Source: Candidatus Acidiferrales bacterium (GTDB taxonomy: Bacteria; Acidobacteriota; Terriglobia; Acidiferrales; UBA7541). Taken from it: a DNA stretch of 64,000 nt. The DNA lies in NCBI GenBank assembly GCA_963709705.1, contig CAVPXU010000013.1, positions 97,047-161,046 on the forward strand, written 5' to 3'. A program made the translations under genes and the position numbers. The notes below the pieces were generated by a model that saw only the letters and a program-made list of their open reading frames with translations, did no database searches and had not been told where the DNA came from. Within the stretch, counting starts at the first letter, position 1. Each line of letters opens with the position of its first letter. This document shows positions 1 through 8,933 of the stretch, piece by piece.

Positions 1-2
1 AC

Positions 3-1103
3 GCGCAAGTGGACTGTCACATCACCGCCGTTGCCCCGCAAGTTCCCGGCTATGTCGTACAGCTTTTTATCAACGACAACACTCCCGTCAAGGAAGGCGA
101 CGTCCTCCTGCAGATTGATCCCCGGCCGTATCAAGCCGAAGTGGAGCAAGCCAAGGCCACTCTTGACGTGGCCGAAGCGCAGGCCAATTCCGCCAAACTC
201 CAGATCGGCCTGACTCGAGAAACCACCACAAACGGAACCAGCGGCGCTTCTGCCCAAAAAGACTCCGATGCCGCCGATTACGCAAGTTCCCAGGCGCAGC
301 TGGAGCAATCCGCCACTGCGAACCTGCAACTTGCGCAAGCCAACGTTGCCGCCAAGTTGGCCACCAACGAACGCGCGCAGAGTGACCTCGCTCGCTACAC
401 TCCGCTGCTGTCCACCGGCGACGTTTCCAAATTTCAATACGACGCCGTCGATGCCGAAGCGCGCGTGGCGAAAAGTGAACTCGATGCCGCGCAGCAGCAA
501 CTGGCCGCCGCCCAGCAAGCCGTGCAAATTGCGCGCGCAAACGCGCAGTCAGCACAGGCGCGGCTCTCGCGTTCGCAATCGCAATTCCTGGAAACGAAAG
601 CCCGCGAACGCCAGGTCCCCATCACCGAAGCCGTATATAAATCCGCGCTTGCTTCCGTGGAACGCGCCAAAGCCGCGCTCCAACAGGCGCTACTCAATCT
701 TGGCTACACACGCATCACCGCGCCGATCACCGGGCAGGTCACGCAGCGCTCCGTGGATTTGGGGCAATACGTTTCGCCGGGCCAGCTCTTATTCACCATC
801 GTTCCGCTCACGCAGGTGTACGTCACAGCAAATTTCAAGGAAACCCAAATGGACAGTGTCGCTCCCGGCCAGAAAGTGCGCATTCGCGTGGATACGTACA
901 GTCAGGAGTTCGAGGGCGTTGTCGATTCCATCGCCGGCGCTACCGGCTCGCGGCAGGCTTTGCTTCCGCCACAAAACGCCACGGGGAATTTCATCAAAGT
1001 GGTCCAACGCATTCCGGTGAAGATCCTCGTCAAGCCATCCGGTAATCCTCAGCTTGTGCTGCGGCCCGGCATGAACGTGGAAGCTACGATTTATCTTCGG
1101 TGA
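3..1103 (+). CDS. HlyD/EmrA-family membrane fusion protein (5' end outside window)
   Basis: Frame is open from base 3 (AQVDCHITAVAP, the EmrA 'DAQVDGHI' position). Biotinyl-like DNTPVKEGDVLLQID, coiled coil, LLPPQNATGNFIKVVQRIPVKI and RPGMNVEA motifs. Confidence 0.93.
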   Translation, partial: AQVDCHITAVAPQVPGYVVQLFINDNTPVKEGDVLLQIDPRPYQAEVEQAKATLDVAEAQANSAKLQIGLTRETTTNGTSGASAQKDSDAADYASSQAQLEQSATANLQLAQANVAAKLATNERAQSDLARYTPLLSTGDVSKFQYDAVDAEARVAKSELDAAQQQLAAAQQAVQIARANAQSAQARLSRSQSQFLETKARERQVPITEAVYKSALASVERAKAALQQALLNLGYTRITAPITGQVTQRSVDLGQYVSPGQLLFTIVPLTQVYVTANFKETQMDSVAPGQKVRIRVDTYSQEFEGVVDSIAGATGSRQALLPPQNATGNFIKVVQRIPVKILVKPSGNPQLVLRPGMNVEATIYLR

Positions 1104-1118
1104 TCGGATAGGAAGGCT

Positions 1119-2774
1119 ATGAGCTATCTCAGCGGCGCGTCGCCCGGAACCATGGAACAATGGGAGCTGGTCGAAGGGCGCTACATTGATGCGGAACTAT
1201 CGGGGCTCTCCCATCGTCGCAGGATGGCTATCCTCCTAAGCGTCGGTCTCGTTACCGCCATCGAAATTTCCAACCGGCTCTCCGTAAATGTTCTGCTCCC
1301 GGATATGCAGGGCAACGTCGCCGCCAGCTCCGACACAATCAGCTGGGTTGTAGTTCTCTATAATCTCGGCTTTCTCGTTTCCCTGGCCCTGGCAGGGTGG
1401 ATGACTCGCGTCTTTGGCGCAAGGCGCCACCTTTTGTACAGCATCGGGTTGTATTCCGTGGGCGCGTTCGGCTGCTTCTTGAGCGCTCACAGCTTGGGCC
1501 TTCTTCTGATGTCTCGCCTCATTCAGGGCTTTGGTGGTGGTTCTTTCCTCGTTCGCGCCGTCATCCTCGCCAACTTGATGTTTCCCGGCAAGTTGCGCAT
1601 CCATGCCGTCACCTGGCTGTACGCCGTCCTCTCTTTTTTTGAGATCACCTATCCCATTGCTATGGGATGGATCACCGATACGATTCACTGGAACTATGCA
1701 TTCCTGATTGATTTTCCATTTCTGATTCTTGGCGCGTTCCTGATTCTTAAATTTGTTCCCAGCGGCTACCTGTTCCGGCGAAGGAAAGAAGCTCACGTCG
1801 ATATTCGCGGCGCCCTTTTTCTGATAGCTTCTCTCGCTTGCCTGCAGGTTGCGGTCAGCCGTGGAGAACGCGACCTCTGGTTCGAAGCGTTCTGGATTCC
1901 ACCCACCTTGCTGGTGTCCTTGGTTTGTTTCATTGCGTTCATCTGGCGGGACAGCCGCCCGCAGAATGCAGATCCAGTATTTCACTTGCGCGTGATCTGG
2001 CGTCAGGCCGCGGTTCGCACTTCGCTCACGGTCGTATTGATCGTTGGAGCCATCCTCGGTGCGGGCCTGTACGTTGTGCCGCAATATCTTCGCTATGTGC
2101 AGGATTACAGCGCCACGCAAACCGGCGGGTTCATCTCCATGTACACAACCGGTCTCGGCATCGGACTCGTATTTTCTTTGCGAGTTCTGCTGCCTCGCTA
2201 TGGCGGTCCGGCAACCCTTGGATTGGGCCTATGCCTGTTGACCGTGACCTGCGGCTCGATCATCTATATTTGGACGCCCACCACGCCGACAATAGTCCTG
2301 GCTCCCGCAATATTGCTGCAAGGTTTCTCTCTCGCTCCCGCTCTCCTTGGTGCGTCAAATGTCGCCACAGCCAACGTCCCGCTTCCCGACTTGAATGATG
2401 TCTCGACAATATATTTTTTCAATCGGCAGTTGGGAAACACCTTCGGAATCACTGCGGTAACGGTCCTCTTCGATCACCGCATGACGTTTCACTCTTCGCG
2501 CATCCTCGACGTATCCAACCGATTGGACCCGACGCTGCGCTCAACCTTGTCGCAATATGCGTCGCTGATCCATCGCAATGGAGGTGGCGGTAGCAATCCC
2601 GCGTTAGGAGCCTTGCAGCTTTTCCAGGCCGAGGTCATCACGCAGAGCCGCCTGCTCTCTTATATCGACGTTTACTTCGGCTTGGCAGCCATTGCCGCAG
2701 TGGGATTATTTCTGCTCGCCATCACACGGGTAGAAACCAAGCACAGCGAGCATCACCACTTTCATACGTGGTAG
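1119..2774 (+). CDS. DHA2/EmrB-like 14-TM MFS transporter, divergent
   Basis: Multiple TM segments, RLIQGFGGG motif, SRQLG-like 'FNRQLGNTFG' motif, large periplasmic loop before the last TM. Directly follows the EmrA-like gene. Confidence 0.88.
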   Translation: MSYLSGASPGTMEQWELVEGRYIDAELSGLSHRRRMAILLSVGLVTAIEISNRLSVNVLLPDMQGNVAASSDTISWVVVLYNLGFLVSLALAGWMTRVFGARRHLLYSIGLYSVGAFGCFLSAHSLGLLLMSRLIQGFGGGSFLVRAVILANLMFPGKLRIHAVTWLYAVLSFFEITYPIAMGWITDTIHWNYAFLIDFPFLILGAFLILKFVPSGYLFRRRKEAHVDIRGALFLIASLACLQVAVSRGERDLWFEAFWIPPTLLVSLVCFIAFIWRDSRPQNADPVFHLRVIWRQAAVRTSLTVVLIVGAILGAGLYVVPQYLRYVQDYSATQTGGFISMYTTGLGIGLVFSLRVLLPRYGGPATLGLGLCLLTVTCGSIIYIWTPTTPTIVLAPAILLQGFSLAPALLGASNVATANVPLPDLNDVSTIYFFNRQLGNTFGITAVTVLFDHRMTFHSSRILDVSNRLDPTLRSTLSQYASLIHRNGGGGSNPALGALQLFQAEVITQSRLLSYIDVYFGLAAIAAVGLFLLAITRVETKHSEHHHFHTW

Positions 2775-2851
2775 ACGCAACCGCTCACTCGCACTCTGAT
2801 TTTCTCTTTGGTGTTTTCTCGCCCAAGGGCCTGCAACCGAATTCCGCTTCT

Positions 2852-3817
2852 TTATTGCACCAGCGTCCATGTATCATCCGGATCAAACGCCTTTATTGCT
2901 TTCGCCGCCTCCACGGTGTTTGGTCCTAAATCTTTCTGATACACCCGCCCGTCCTGCTCGATCATAAACGTCATCACCCCGCTCCGGCGATAATCCGCGG
3001 GATACGCCAGGAAGGCAAAGCCGCGCGTCATGTTGCCGTTCACGATGTAACTCTTGGCCCCTCCATCGGCATGCGGTCCCTGCTCCTTCAATATCCGGTA
3101 AAAATATCCGTGAAACGGCTGCGGAGATTCTTTCGTCCCTGGTTGGTAACCTTCCGCGCTCGCCCGCGCCGCCATTGGCCCCAAAGGGCTCTCCGGCTCT
3201 CCCTCCGCCACTTTCCAATACAAGCCGTTGTGCTTGCCGTCGTTGCTGGTGAACCTCTGCGCATACTGCTTCACTTTGCTGTCATCATGCGTGGTCCTGA
3301 AGTATTCCGTCTGCGCGTCGGCCATTTCGTTCAGCACATCGATCACGGTCAGTTCGTTGTCGCCGATCTCCCGCGCCACCATTTCTTTCTTGCCGCGTTC
3401 CGCGTCGAACACCCATTCGCCATCGGCATTTTTCACCAGCGGAAACGGAAATGGATAATTCTCCGCCCCCACGTTTAGCACAACCTCGCCGCCTTCCGCG
3501 CTGGACCATCGATGCATCGTCTCGTAGTCGGAAGCAAACTGTTCCAGCGCGTTTTTATCCTGCGTAGGGTCTTCCGTCAGCAAATATTCCTTGCCTTCGG
3601 GTCCAAAAATGGCCAGCACCGCATTCGTGTCTTCCGCCTTCGCCGCGTTATAAACTGCTTGCCCCGCCGACTCAGGCGAAACAAACTTCGTCGGGCCCAT
3701 CGCTTCCTTTTGTTGCTGTTTTGCCCGCTGGCATCCGCACGCGAGCGCGAGCACTGCGGCCAGTGCAGCAACTGCCCCGCGCCAACGGAATTCTCTCGGT
3801 AGTCCCGCTTTCCTCAT
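2852..3817 (-). CDS. DUF2950 family protein (probable lipoprotein)
   Basis: ATG at 3817 with GGAG RBS, lipobox-like LACGC, NYPFPFPLVK, GLYW, PFHGYFYRIL, AYPADYRRSGVMTF motifs typical of DUF2950. Confidence 0.85.
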   Translation of the reverse strand: MRKAGLPREFRWRGAVAALAAVLALACGCQRAKQQQKEAMGPTKFVSPESAGQAVYNAAKAEDTNAVLAIFGPEGKEYLLTEDPTQDKNALEQFASDYETMHRWSSAEGGEVVLNVGAENYPFPFPLVKNADGEWVFDAERGKKEMVAREIGDNELTVIDVLNEMADAQTEYFRTTHDDSKVKQYAQRFTSNDGKHNGLYWKVAEGEPESPLGPMAARASAEGYQPGTKESPQPFHGYFYRILKEQGPHADGGAKSYIVNGNMTRGFAFLAYPADYRRSGVMTFMIEQDGRVYQKDLGPNTVEAAKAIKAFDPDDTWTLVQ

Positions 3818-3877
3818 CTCCACTCCTTCGTTCAGGGCCGGTCGCGCTCGCCGGCCCATGCCGCTTTCCTTCTTCTG

Positions 3878-5263
3878 CTAGCGCTTTTTGTTTCCGCCCG
3901 GCCCATTGCCTGAAGCACTCGGCGCCCTGGCCGGCGCGCTTTGTTGCGTCTTGGGTGGCGGACTTAAACTGCGATTTCCGCGCGCACTCTCCGGCCTTCC
4001 CCCCGCCGATCCCGAAAACGCATTCGGCTTCGGAGCAGGTTTCGCGCCTTGCGCCGGCGGATACCCACGCAGGTCCCGCGTCGTCGGCTGCGTGCTCGGA
4101 CGGGCCGGCCCACTGGGACGCGTCGTCGGTTTCGGTTGCACCGGTTGGATCGTTGGACCGCCCGGTTTTACAGGCTGAACGCTCGGTCTGCCCGGCGTCG
4201 GCACCGGTTGAGTGCTCGGCCTTCCCAGGTTCGGTACCGGTTGAATGCTTGGCCTTCCTGGGGTTGGTGCCGGAGATGGCAATGGCGTCGGCTTCACAGT
4301 TCCTGGCGGTCTGCCACCAGTTGGCGGTCTACCTCCTCCCGGCGGACGATACGGTGGCCGCGTTCCCGGCGGCGGTGGACGCCAACCCGCCGGTGGTGGC
4401 CGCGGAGGCCGTGGTGGCGGGTAATATGGTGGTCGATAGCCTGGCCGAAAGCCCGGATAGTAGCCGCCCCACCAGTAAGGATTACCGTAATACGGCGAGC
4501 CGCCGCAATAAACCATTTGCCCGGCCCAATTCATGCGCCAGCCGTAATAACCCCATCCGCAACTCGAGCTGCTGATCATCGCGCCTACCGCGATGCCCAC
4601 GCCAAACGAAATCACCGCCGTCGTTGCCACCGTGCTTGCGCTATATCCCGGCGTCACAACTGGCGACCCGTAAATCACCGTCGGGTTATATGCCGGTACG
4701 TACACCACCTGCGGATTCGCCGGCTGAATCACGATAATGTCCGGGCTCTCTTTTACTACCTTGATCTGCTGGCCCGATTTCAGATTTCCGGCGTCATATG
4801 CTTTCGCGCGCATCCGCTGGATCGCGGCCATCACGTCCGCTTGCTGATTCGCGGAAACATCGCCCAGCGCGGAAGTCCATCCCAGGTTTTGCGCCAGCTT
4901 TTCTAGCACGCTGGGAAACTGCAGCAGCGCCATCACTGAGGGATCCCATTCCTCATCCTGCGCCGCTTGCTGCAGCGGGTCGCCGGTCAGGTTCGGGTTG
5001 GCTTTAACGAAAGCGTCGGCCGCTTCCACCTGGTCCGGATACGTGGAAGCTCCCAGAATTTGCGCCACCAGTGCGTCCGGATACAACGCAATCGGAGCCA
5101 CCAGCGCGTCCATATCGTTGGGCGGCACCGGCGCGTACACTTCCTGCCGCGCGTGCGGTGACGCCGTCTCCAGCCAAACTCCTGCATCCGCGCCGGGCGG
5201 CATCATCGCCCAGATCAGCAAAACGCTCAGACAAATAGCTAACGATTGTTTCATGGAGTTCAT
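3878..5263 (-). CDS. DUF3300 domain protein with Pro/Arg/Gly-rich tail
   Basis: Signal peptide. LVAPIALYPDALVAQILGASTYP, WDPSVMALLQFP and VVYVPAYNPTVIYG motifs. Start placed at ATG 5263. Paired with DUF2950. Confidence 0.88.
   Translation of the reverse strand: MNSMKQSLAICLSVLLIWAMMPPGADAGVWLETASPHARQEVYAPVPPNDMDALVAPIALYPDALVAQILGASTYPDQVEAADAFVKANPNLTGDPLQQAAQDEEWDPSVMALLQFPSVLEKLAQNLGWTSALGDVSANQQADVMAAIQRMRAKAYDAGNLKSGQQIKVVKESPDIIVIQPANPQVVYVPAYNPTVIYGSPVVTPGYSASTVATTAVISFGVGIAVGAMISSSSCGWGYYGWRMNWAGQMVYCGGSPYYGNPYWWGGYYPGFRPGYRPPYYPPPRPPRPPPAGWRPPPPGTRPPYRPPGGGRPPTGGRPPGTVKPTPLPSPAPTPGRPSIQPVPNLGRPSTQPVPTPGRPSVQPVKPGGPTIQPVQPKPTTRPSGPARPSTQPTTRDLRGYPPAQGAKPAPKPNAFSGSAGGRPESARGNRSLSPPPKTQQSAPARAPSASGNGPGGNKKR
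4171..4269 (-). repeat. Three imperfect 33-nt coding tandem repeats (PTPGRPSxQPV)
   Basis: Units start at 4171, 4204 and 4237 on the + strand and encode 11-aa PGRPS(I/T/V)QPV repeats in the DUF3300 tail. Confidence 0.75.
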
Positions 5264-5412
5264 GGTCTTCTGCGCTCGGTAGAGCAGATTGGCAAAATTT
5301 CCCTGACCGGGGCGGGTGCAGGCCAAACAATACCATCACAAAATAAAAAGTAAAGTGCAGTTTCGATCAGGCAGGCGTTTCGGCGCTGGTGCGCGCTGGA
5401 CTCAGTTTCTGC

Positions 5413-6819
5413 TTACTGTGCTTTCAGGTGTACGCGTCCGCCAATCCACAGGTTCGGCACCACAAATTCCGTGAATCCGTCCACGTGCGAGGGCTTCAAT
5501 GTCTCGCAGCACCCTTGATCCGGCGATTCAAACTTGATGGATTCGAATGCTCCCTTCACTTGCACCTGCACCTGCGTCGGCTCTTCGTCGTAATTCACTA
5601 GCTCTACAATCGCCTCGTCCTTCTTCTCGCCGGGATATTCCACAACCAACGTTGTCAGCGAATTCCACAAGCTTACCGGCACGCTATCTTTCGCCATCAA
5701 CCGTCGCACGTCCTGCGCAAATGTTTCGGGATCGCTCACCGCCTCTCCCAGTTCGATTACTTTGCCTTTGCCCACGGTGTACGTGACGGATTTATCGCTT
5801 TTTTTCGGATCAGGCGATGAGTCCCACGGATACGCTCCCGGCAAATTCACCAGCACTGCCGTGCCGCCTTGCTCGGCGAATGCGCGCAGCGCTTCCGTCA
5901 ATTCTTTACCTGGCGCCGCAAATTCAATCACCACATCCAGCCCCGCCAAGTCCTGCGCTTTTACGTTCGTCGAATGCAGCACGCGAAACAGAATATTGTG
6001 CCGCGCCATCAGGTTTAGCGCTTCATAGGAGGAGTCGTAATCGTCTGTCAGCACACCCACGTCTGCCGCTTCTTTCTCTCCGTCTTTCTCTCGCTCGTAA
6101 AAAGCAATCGTGCGTTTCACCGGCTCCCAATCCTCCAGCGCCTCCTTATCCCCGCTCGCCAGTCCCTTTTGCTGCACTTCGTACAATTCCAGGACCAGGT
6201 CCGCATGAAACGCCCCAGCCTCCGCAACCGCCAGCGAATAATCCGCCGGCTTTGGCCCGTCCCGCTCCACCAGCGGATCGCTTTCATCCCACGTGAACGT
6301 ATAAAGGGGCGCTTGCCCGCCGTCAAACGCGCGCTCTTGCCTCACCGACGCCAGGTTCTGGTCCAGCCAGGGCTGCGCCGACGGGCTCGAAACTTGCAGC
6401 ATTCCGTTCTTGTTAAACACCAGCCATCCGCGCATTTCTGGCTGTTTTCCTGCGGCGCTCAGCGGCAAGATTTTCAGCTTCGGGTACTGCGCGCGTAATT
6501 TGCGGGTGCTTTCTTCCACCTGGCTTTGCTGTGTGGCTGTTCCTTGCAGCATGATTCCCGCCGATCCTGCCTTGGCGCCCGCTTCCGCTGCGGTTGCGGC
6601 CTGTTCCAGCGTCGCTTCCAGGTATACGTGATACCCCTGTTTTTTCGCGGCCTCCATCAGGCTCGTCGCGCCGTCGTTCCACGGAATCACCAGCTCGTTC
6701 ACGCCCAGAATTTTCGCCGGCGGCAACGCACTTTGCGTCCACCGCACATACACTTTGCCCGCCACCGTTGGCGCGAACGCCGCGCACATCAACAAAAGCA
6801 AACTTAGCCCTCGCCTCAT
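5413..6819 (-). CDS. Secreted hypothetical protein with C-terminal GATase-like/beta-galactosidase-trimerisation-like region
   Basis: Signal peptide MRRGLSLLLLMCAAFA. C-terminal pattern DVVIEF...LRAFAEQGGTAVLV...GKGKVIEL. Start overlaps the ApbE stop. Confidence 0.6.
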   Translation of the reverse strand: MRRGLSLLLLMCAAFAPTVAGKVYVRWTQSALPPAKILGVNELVIPWNDGATSLMEAAKKQGYHVYLEATLEQAATAAEAGAKAGSAGIMLQGTATQQSQVEESTRKLRAQYPKLKILPLSAAGKQPEMRGWLVFNKNGMLQVSSPSAQPWLDQNLASVRQERAFDGGQAPLYTFTWDESDPLVERDGPKPADYSLAVAEAGAFHADLVLELYEVQQKGLASGDKEALEDWEPVKRTIAFYEREKDGEKEAADVGVLTDDYDSSYEALNLMARHNILFRVLHSTNVKAQDLAGLDVVIEFAAPGKELTEALRAFAEQGGTAVLVNLPGAYPWDSSPDPKKSDKSVTYTVGKGKVIELGEAVSDPETFAQDVRRLMAKDSVPVSLWNSLTTLVVEYPGEKKDEAIVELVNYDEEPTQVQVQVKGAFESIKFESPDQGCCETLKPSHVDGFTEFVVPNLWIGGRVHLKAQ

Positions 6820-7874
6820 CGCTTTTCCCTTGGACTCTCTGACAACGATTTCGCCTGCGCGTTTTCCTGTTTCCCGGTTAAGCGAATCTGCGGACCGGTC
6901 GAAACTGTTTCCGCTTCGCCATCCGCCGAAACCCAGATCGCGGCTGCATCCGGGATCTGCCTCACGATGGCTTTCCCTTTTTCCGGGCCGAGCAACAGCA
7001 ACGCCGTCGACAGCGCATCCGACGCCGTTCCCGTTTTCACCACGATGCTCAGCGCGTATTTCGTCTCCAGCGGTTTCCCGTTGTCCGGATCGATAATGTG
7101 TCCCGCAGTCTCGTTTCCCAACAGGCTTGGCGGGGTCTGCTCCGAAGTGGACACGCTGTTCTCACTCAACATCACGGTGGGATCGACGTGATTCGAAGGA
7201 TCGCGCAGGTGCACTTCCCACGCGCTCTGTCCCGGTGGCGCGCCCATTCCACAAATACTGCTCTGGCCCGCGTCCACCAGTGCGTTTTTGATTCCATTCG
7301 CGCGCAGGATGTCCACTGCGCTATCCACGGCATAGCCTTTGCCAATCGAGCCTACGTCAATGCGCAGGCAAGGGGAATGAAACTCCACCATGTCCGGTGG
7401 AATCAATTCGATCTTTTCGTATCCTACGCACGCGCGCAGTTTTTCCTGCTCCGCTTGTGACACCACGCGGTCGCCCCGCAGCGCCGCTTTCCACATATCC
7501 ACCAGCGGCGCCACCGTGATGTCGTATTTCCCGCCGGACAGCTTCGAATACTTATCCGACTCTTCAATCACGCGGTACAAATCCGCCGGCACCTTCACCG
7601 CATGAAAATGTCCCTCGCGGTTCAAGCGGCTCAAATCGCTTTCCGGTTTGTAATTGCTCAGCATGCCGTCCAGCCGCGCGATTTCCGCAAACGCTTTGTC
7701 GATCGCCTGCGAAGCACGCTCCGGCGATTCGTCGTACGCGGCAATCTCATACACGGTTCCCATCGCATACTTTGTCTTGTGGACAGGCCGCTGCTTCTCT
7801 TCAAGTGGCCCCGCAAACAAAAGCGGAACGCAAGCCAACATTCCGGCCGCCGCCAGCGTTCTATTCCAGCGCAT
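6816..7874 (-). CDS. apbE: FAD:protein FMN transferase
   Basis: AMGT, GGKYDITVAPL, IDVGSIGKGYAVD, VSTS, HIIDP and SDALSTA motifs. Real start is likely ATG 7874, overlapping the upstream stop; the longer ORF-track N-terminus runs through the neighbouring gene. Confidence 0.92.
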   Translation of the reverse strand: MRWNRTLAAAGMLACVPLLFAGPLEEKQRPVHKTKYAMGTVYEIAAYDESPERASQAIDKAFAEIARLDGMLSNYKPESDLSRLNREGHFHAVKVPADLYRVIEESDKYSKLSGGKYDITVAPLVDMWKAALRGDRVVSQAEQEKLRACVGYEKIELIPPDMVEFHSPCLRIDVGSIGKGYAVDSAVDILRANGIKNALVDAGQSSICGMGAPPGQSAWEVHLRDPSNHVDPTVMLSENSVSTSEQTPPSLLGNETAGHIIDPDNGKPLETKYALSIVVKTGTASDALSTALLLLGPEKGKAIVRQIPDAAAIWVSADGEAETVSTGPQIRLTGKQENAQAKSLSESPREKR

Positions 7875-8928
7875 ACACTTCGCCGTCGAGGCTCGCCAGA
7901 TAAATGCTGCCTCCGGCAATGATCGGTGCATTCTGCACGCCCATGCCCAGCCCCGCGCGCCACACGGTTTTTCCTGTGTCCGCGGCGAGCGCCTGCAGCC
8001 CCCACGATTGCAAGTATATTGTGGAATTTCCAAACACGGCCGGACTGGTAATCGCCTCTCCGGCGCGTATTTTCCAACGTAATTTTCCAGTAGCCACTTC
8101 GAGCGTGTACAACTGCCCATCCTTGCTTCCAATCACCACCGCATCGCCGGACACTGCCGGAGCGGCTCCCACACCCAAGCCAGTTGCATATTTCCAGCGC
8201 ACTGCGCCACTGTTTGCGTCCAGCGCGTATACAAAAAAATCCTGCGAACCGATCAGGAGTGTGTCTCCCACAAGCGCTGGCGAGGAATCAATCCCGTCTC
8301 CCGTCGCCACTTTCCACAGAATCTTGCCCGTCGCCGGTTCAAGGCAGTACACAGTTCCATTCCCGGATCCTACATAAATCGCCTTCTCAGCCGCATACGC
8401 CGTTGAATGCACTCGGCCGCCGAGCGGCTCGGACTTCCAGCGCCGTTTCCCATTCTCCGCATCCAGCGCATATAAATGTCCGTCCCCGCTGCCAATGAAC
8501 ACCATTCCTTGCCGCACCACCGGCGACGCCCACACTTCTTCGTCGGTGGTCGCCTCCCACACCTTCGCTCCGTTGTCGCCGTTCACGGCGTACACTTTTC
8601 CGTTGTCGCAGCCAAACAACACGTTGCGTCCGCTCAGCGACGGGGTCGAATTAATCTTTCCGCCAGCTTCGAATTTCCACTCTTGCCGGCCGTCCTTGGT
8701 TTTAAGCGCATAGAGCTGGCCTCTCTGCGCGGTCACATACAGCGTCTCTCCGCGAAGCACCGGCGAACTGCGAACGGGACTGCCAAAACGCAACTGCCAG
8801 CGTGCCTTGGTGGGAGATGGCACCGTCGGCGCGCCGAATCCACCGGTCCTGCCGTTGTCCTTCAGCAGGGTGATCCAGTCGTCTTCGGCGCCTGCCGCAA
8901 CTTCTGTTATCGAGGTTTTTTCCGTCAT
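7861..8928 (-). CDS. PQQ-like/BamB-like beta-propeller repeat protein
   Basis: About eight repeats of the type SSPxxxxxxxxxGSxDGxLYALDAxxGxxxW. No obvious signal peptide. Confidence 0.88.
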   Translation of the reverse strand: MTEKTSITEVAAGAEDDWITLLKDNGRTGGFGAPTVPSPTKARWQLRFGSPVRSSPVLRGETLYVTAQRGQLYALKTKDGRQEWKFEAGGKINSTPSLSGRNVLFGCDNGKVYAVNGDNGAKVWEATTDEEVWASPVVRQGMVFIGSGDGHLYALDAENGKRRWKSEPLGGRVHSTAYAAEKAIYVGSGNGTVYCLEPATGKILWKVATGDGIDSSPALVGDTLLIGSQDFFVYALDANSGAVRWKYATGLGVGAAPAVSGDAVVIGSKDGQLYTLEVATGKLRWKIRAGEAITSPAVFGNSTIYLQSWGLQALAADTGKTVWRAGLGMGVQNAPIIAGGSIYLASLDGEVYALE

Positions 8929-8933
8929 TACCG

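Noticed and set aside
1-2774. EmrAB pairs at both window ends as a large inverted repeat or element boundary
   Set aside because: They are divergent paralogs sharing only protein motifs, with no nucleotide-level repeat or transposase.
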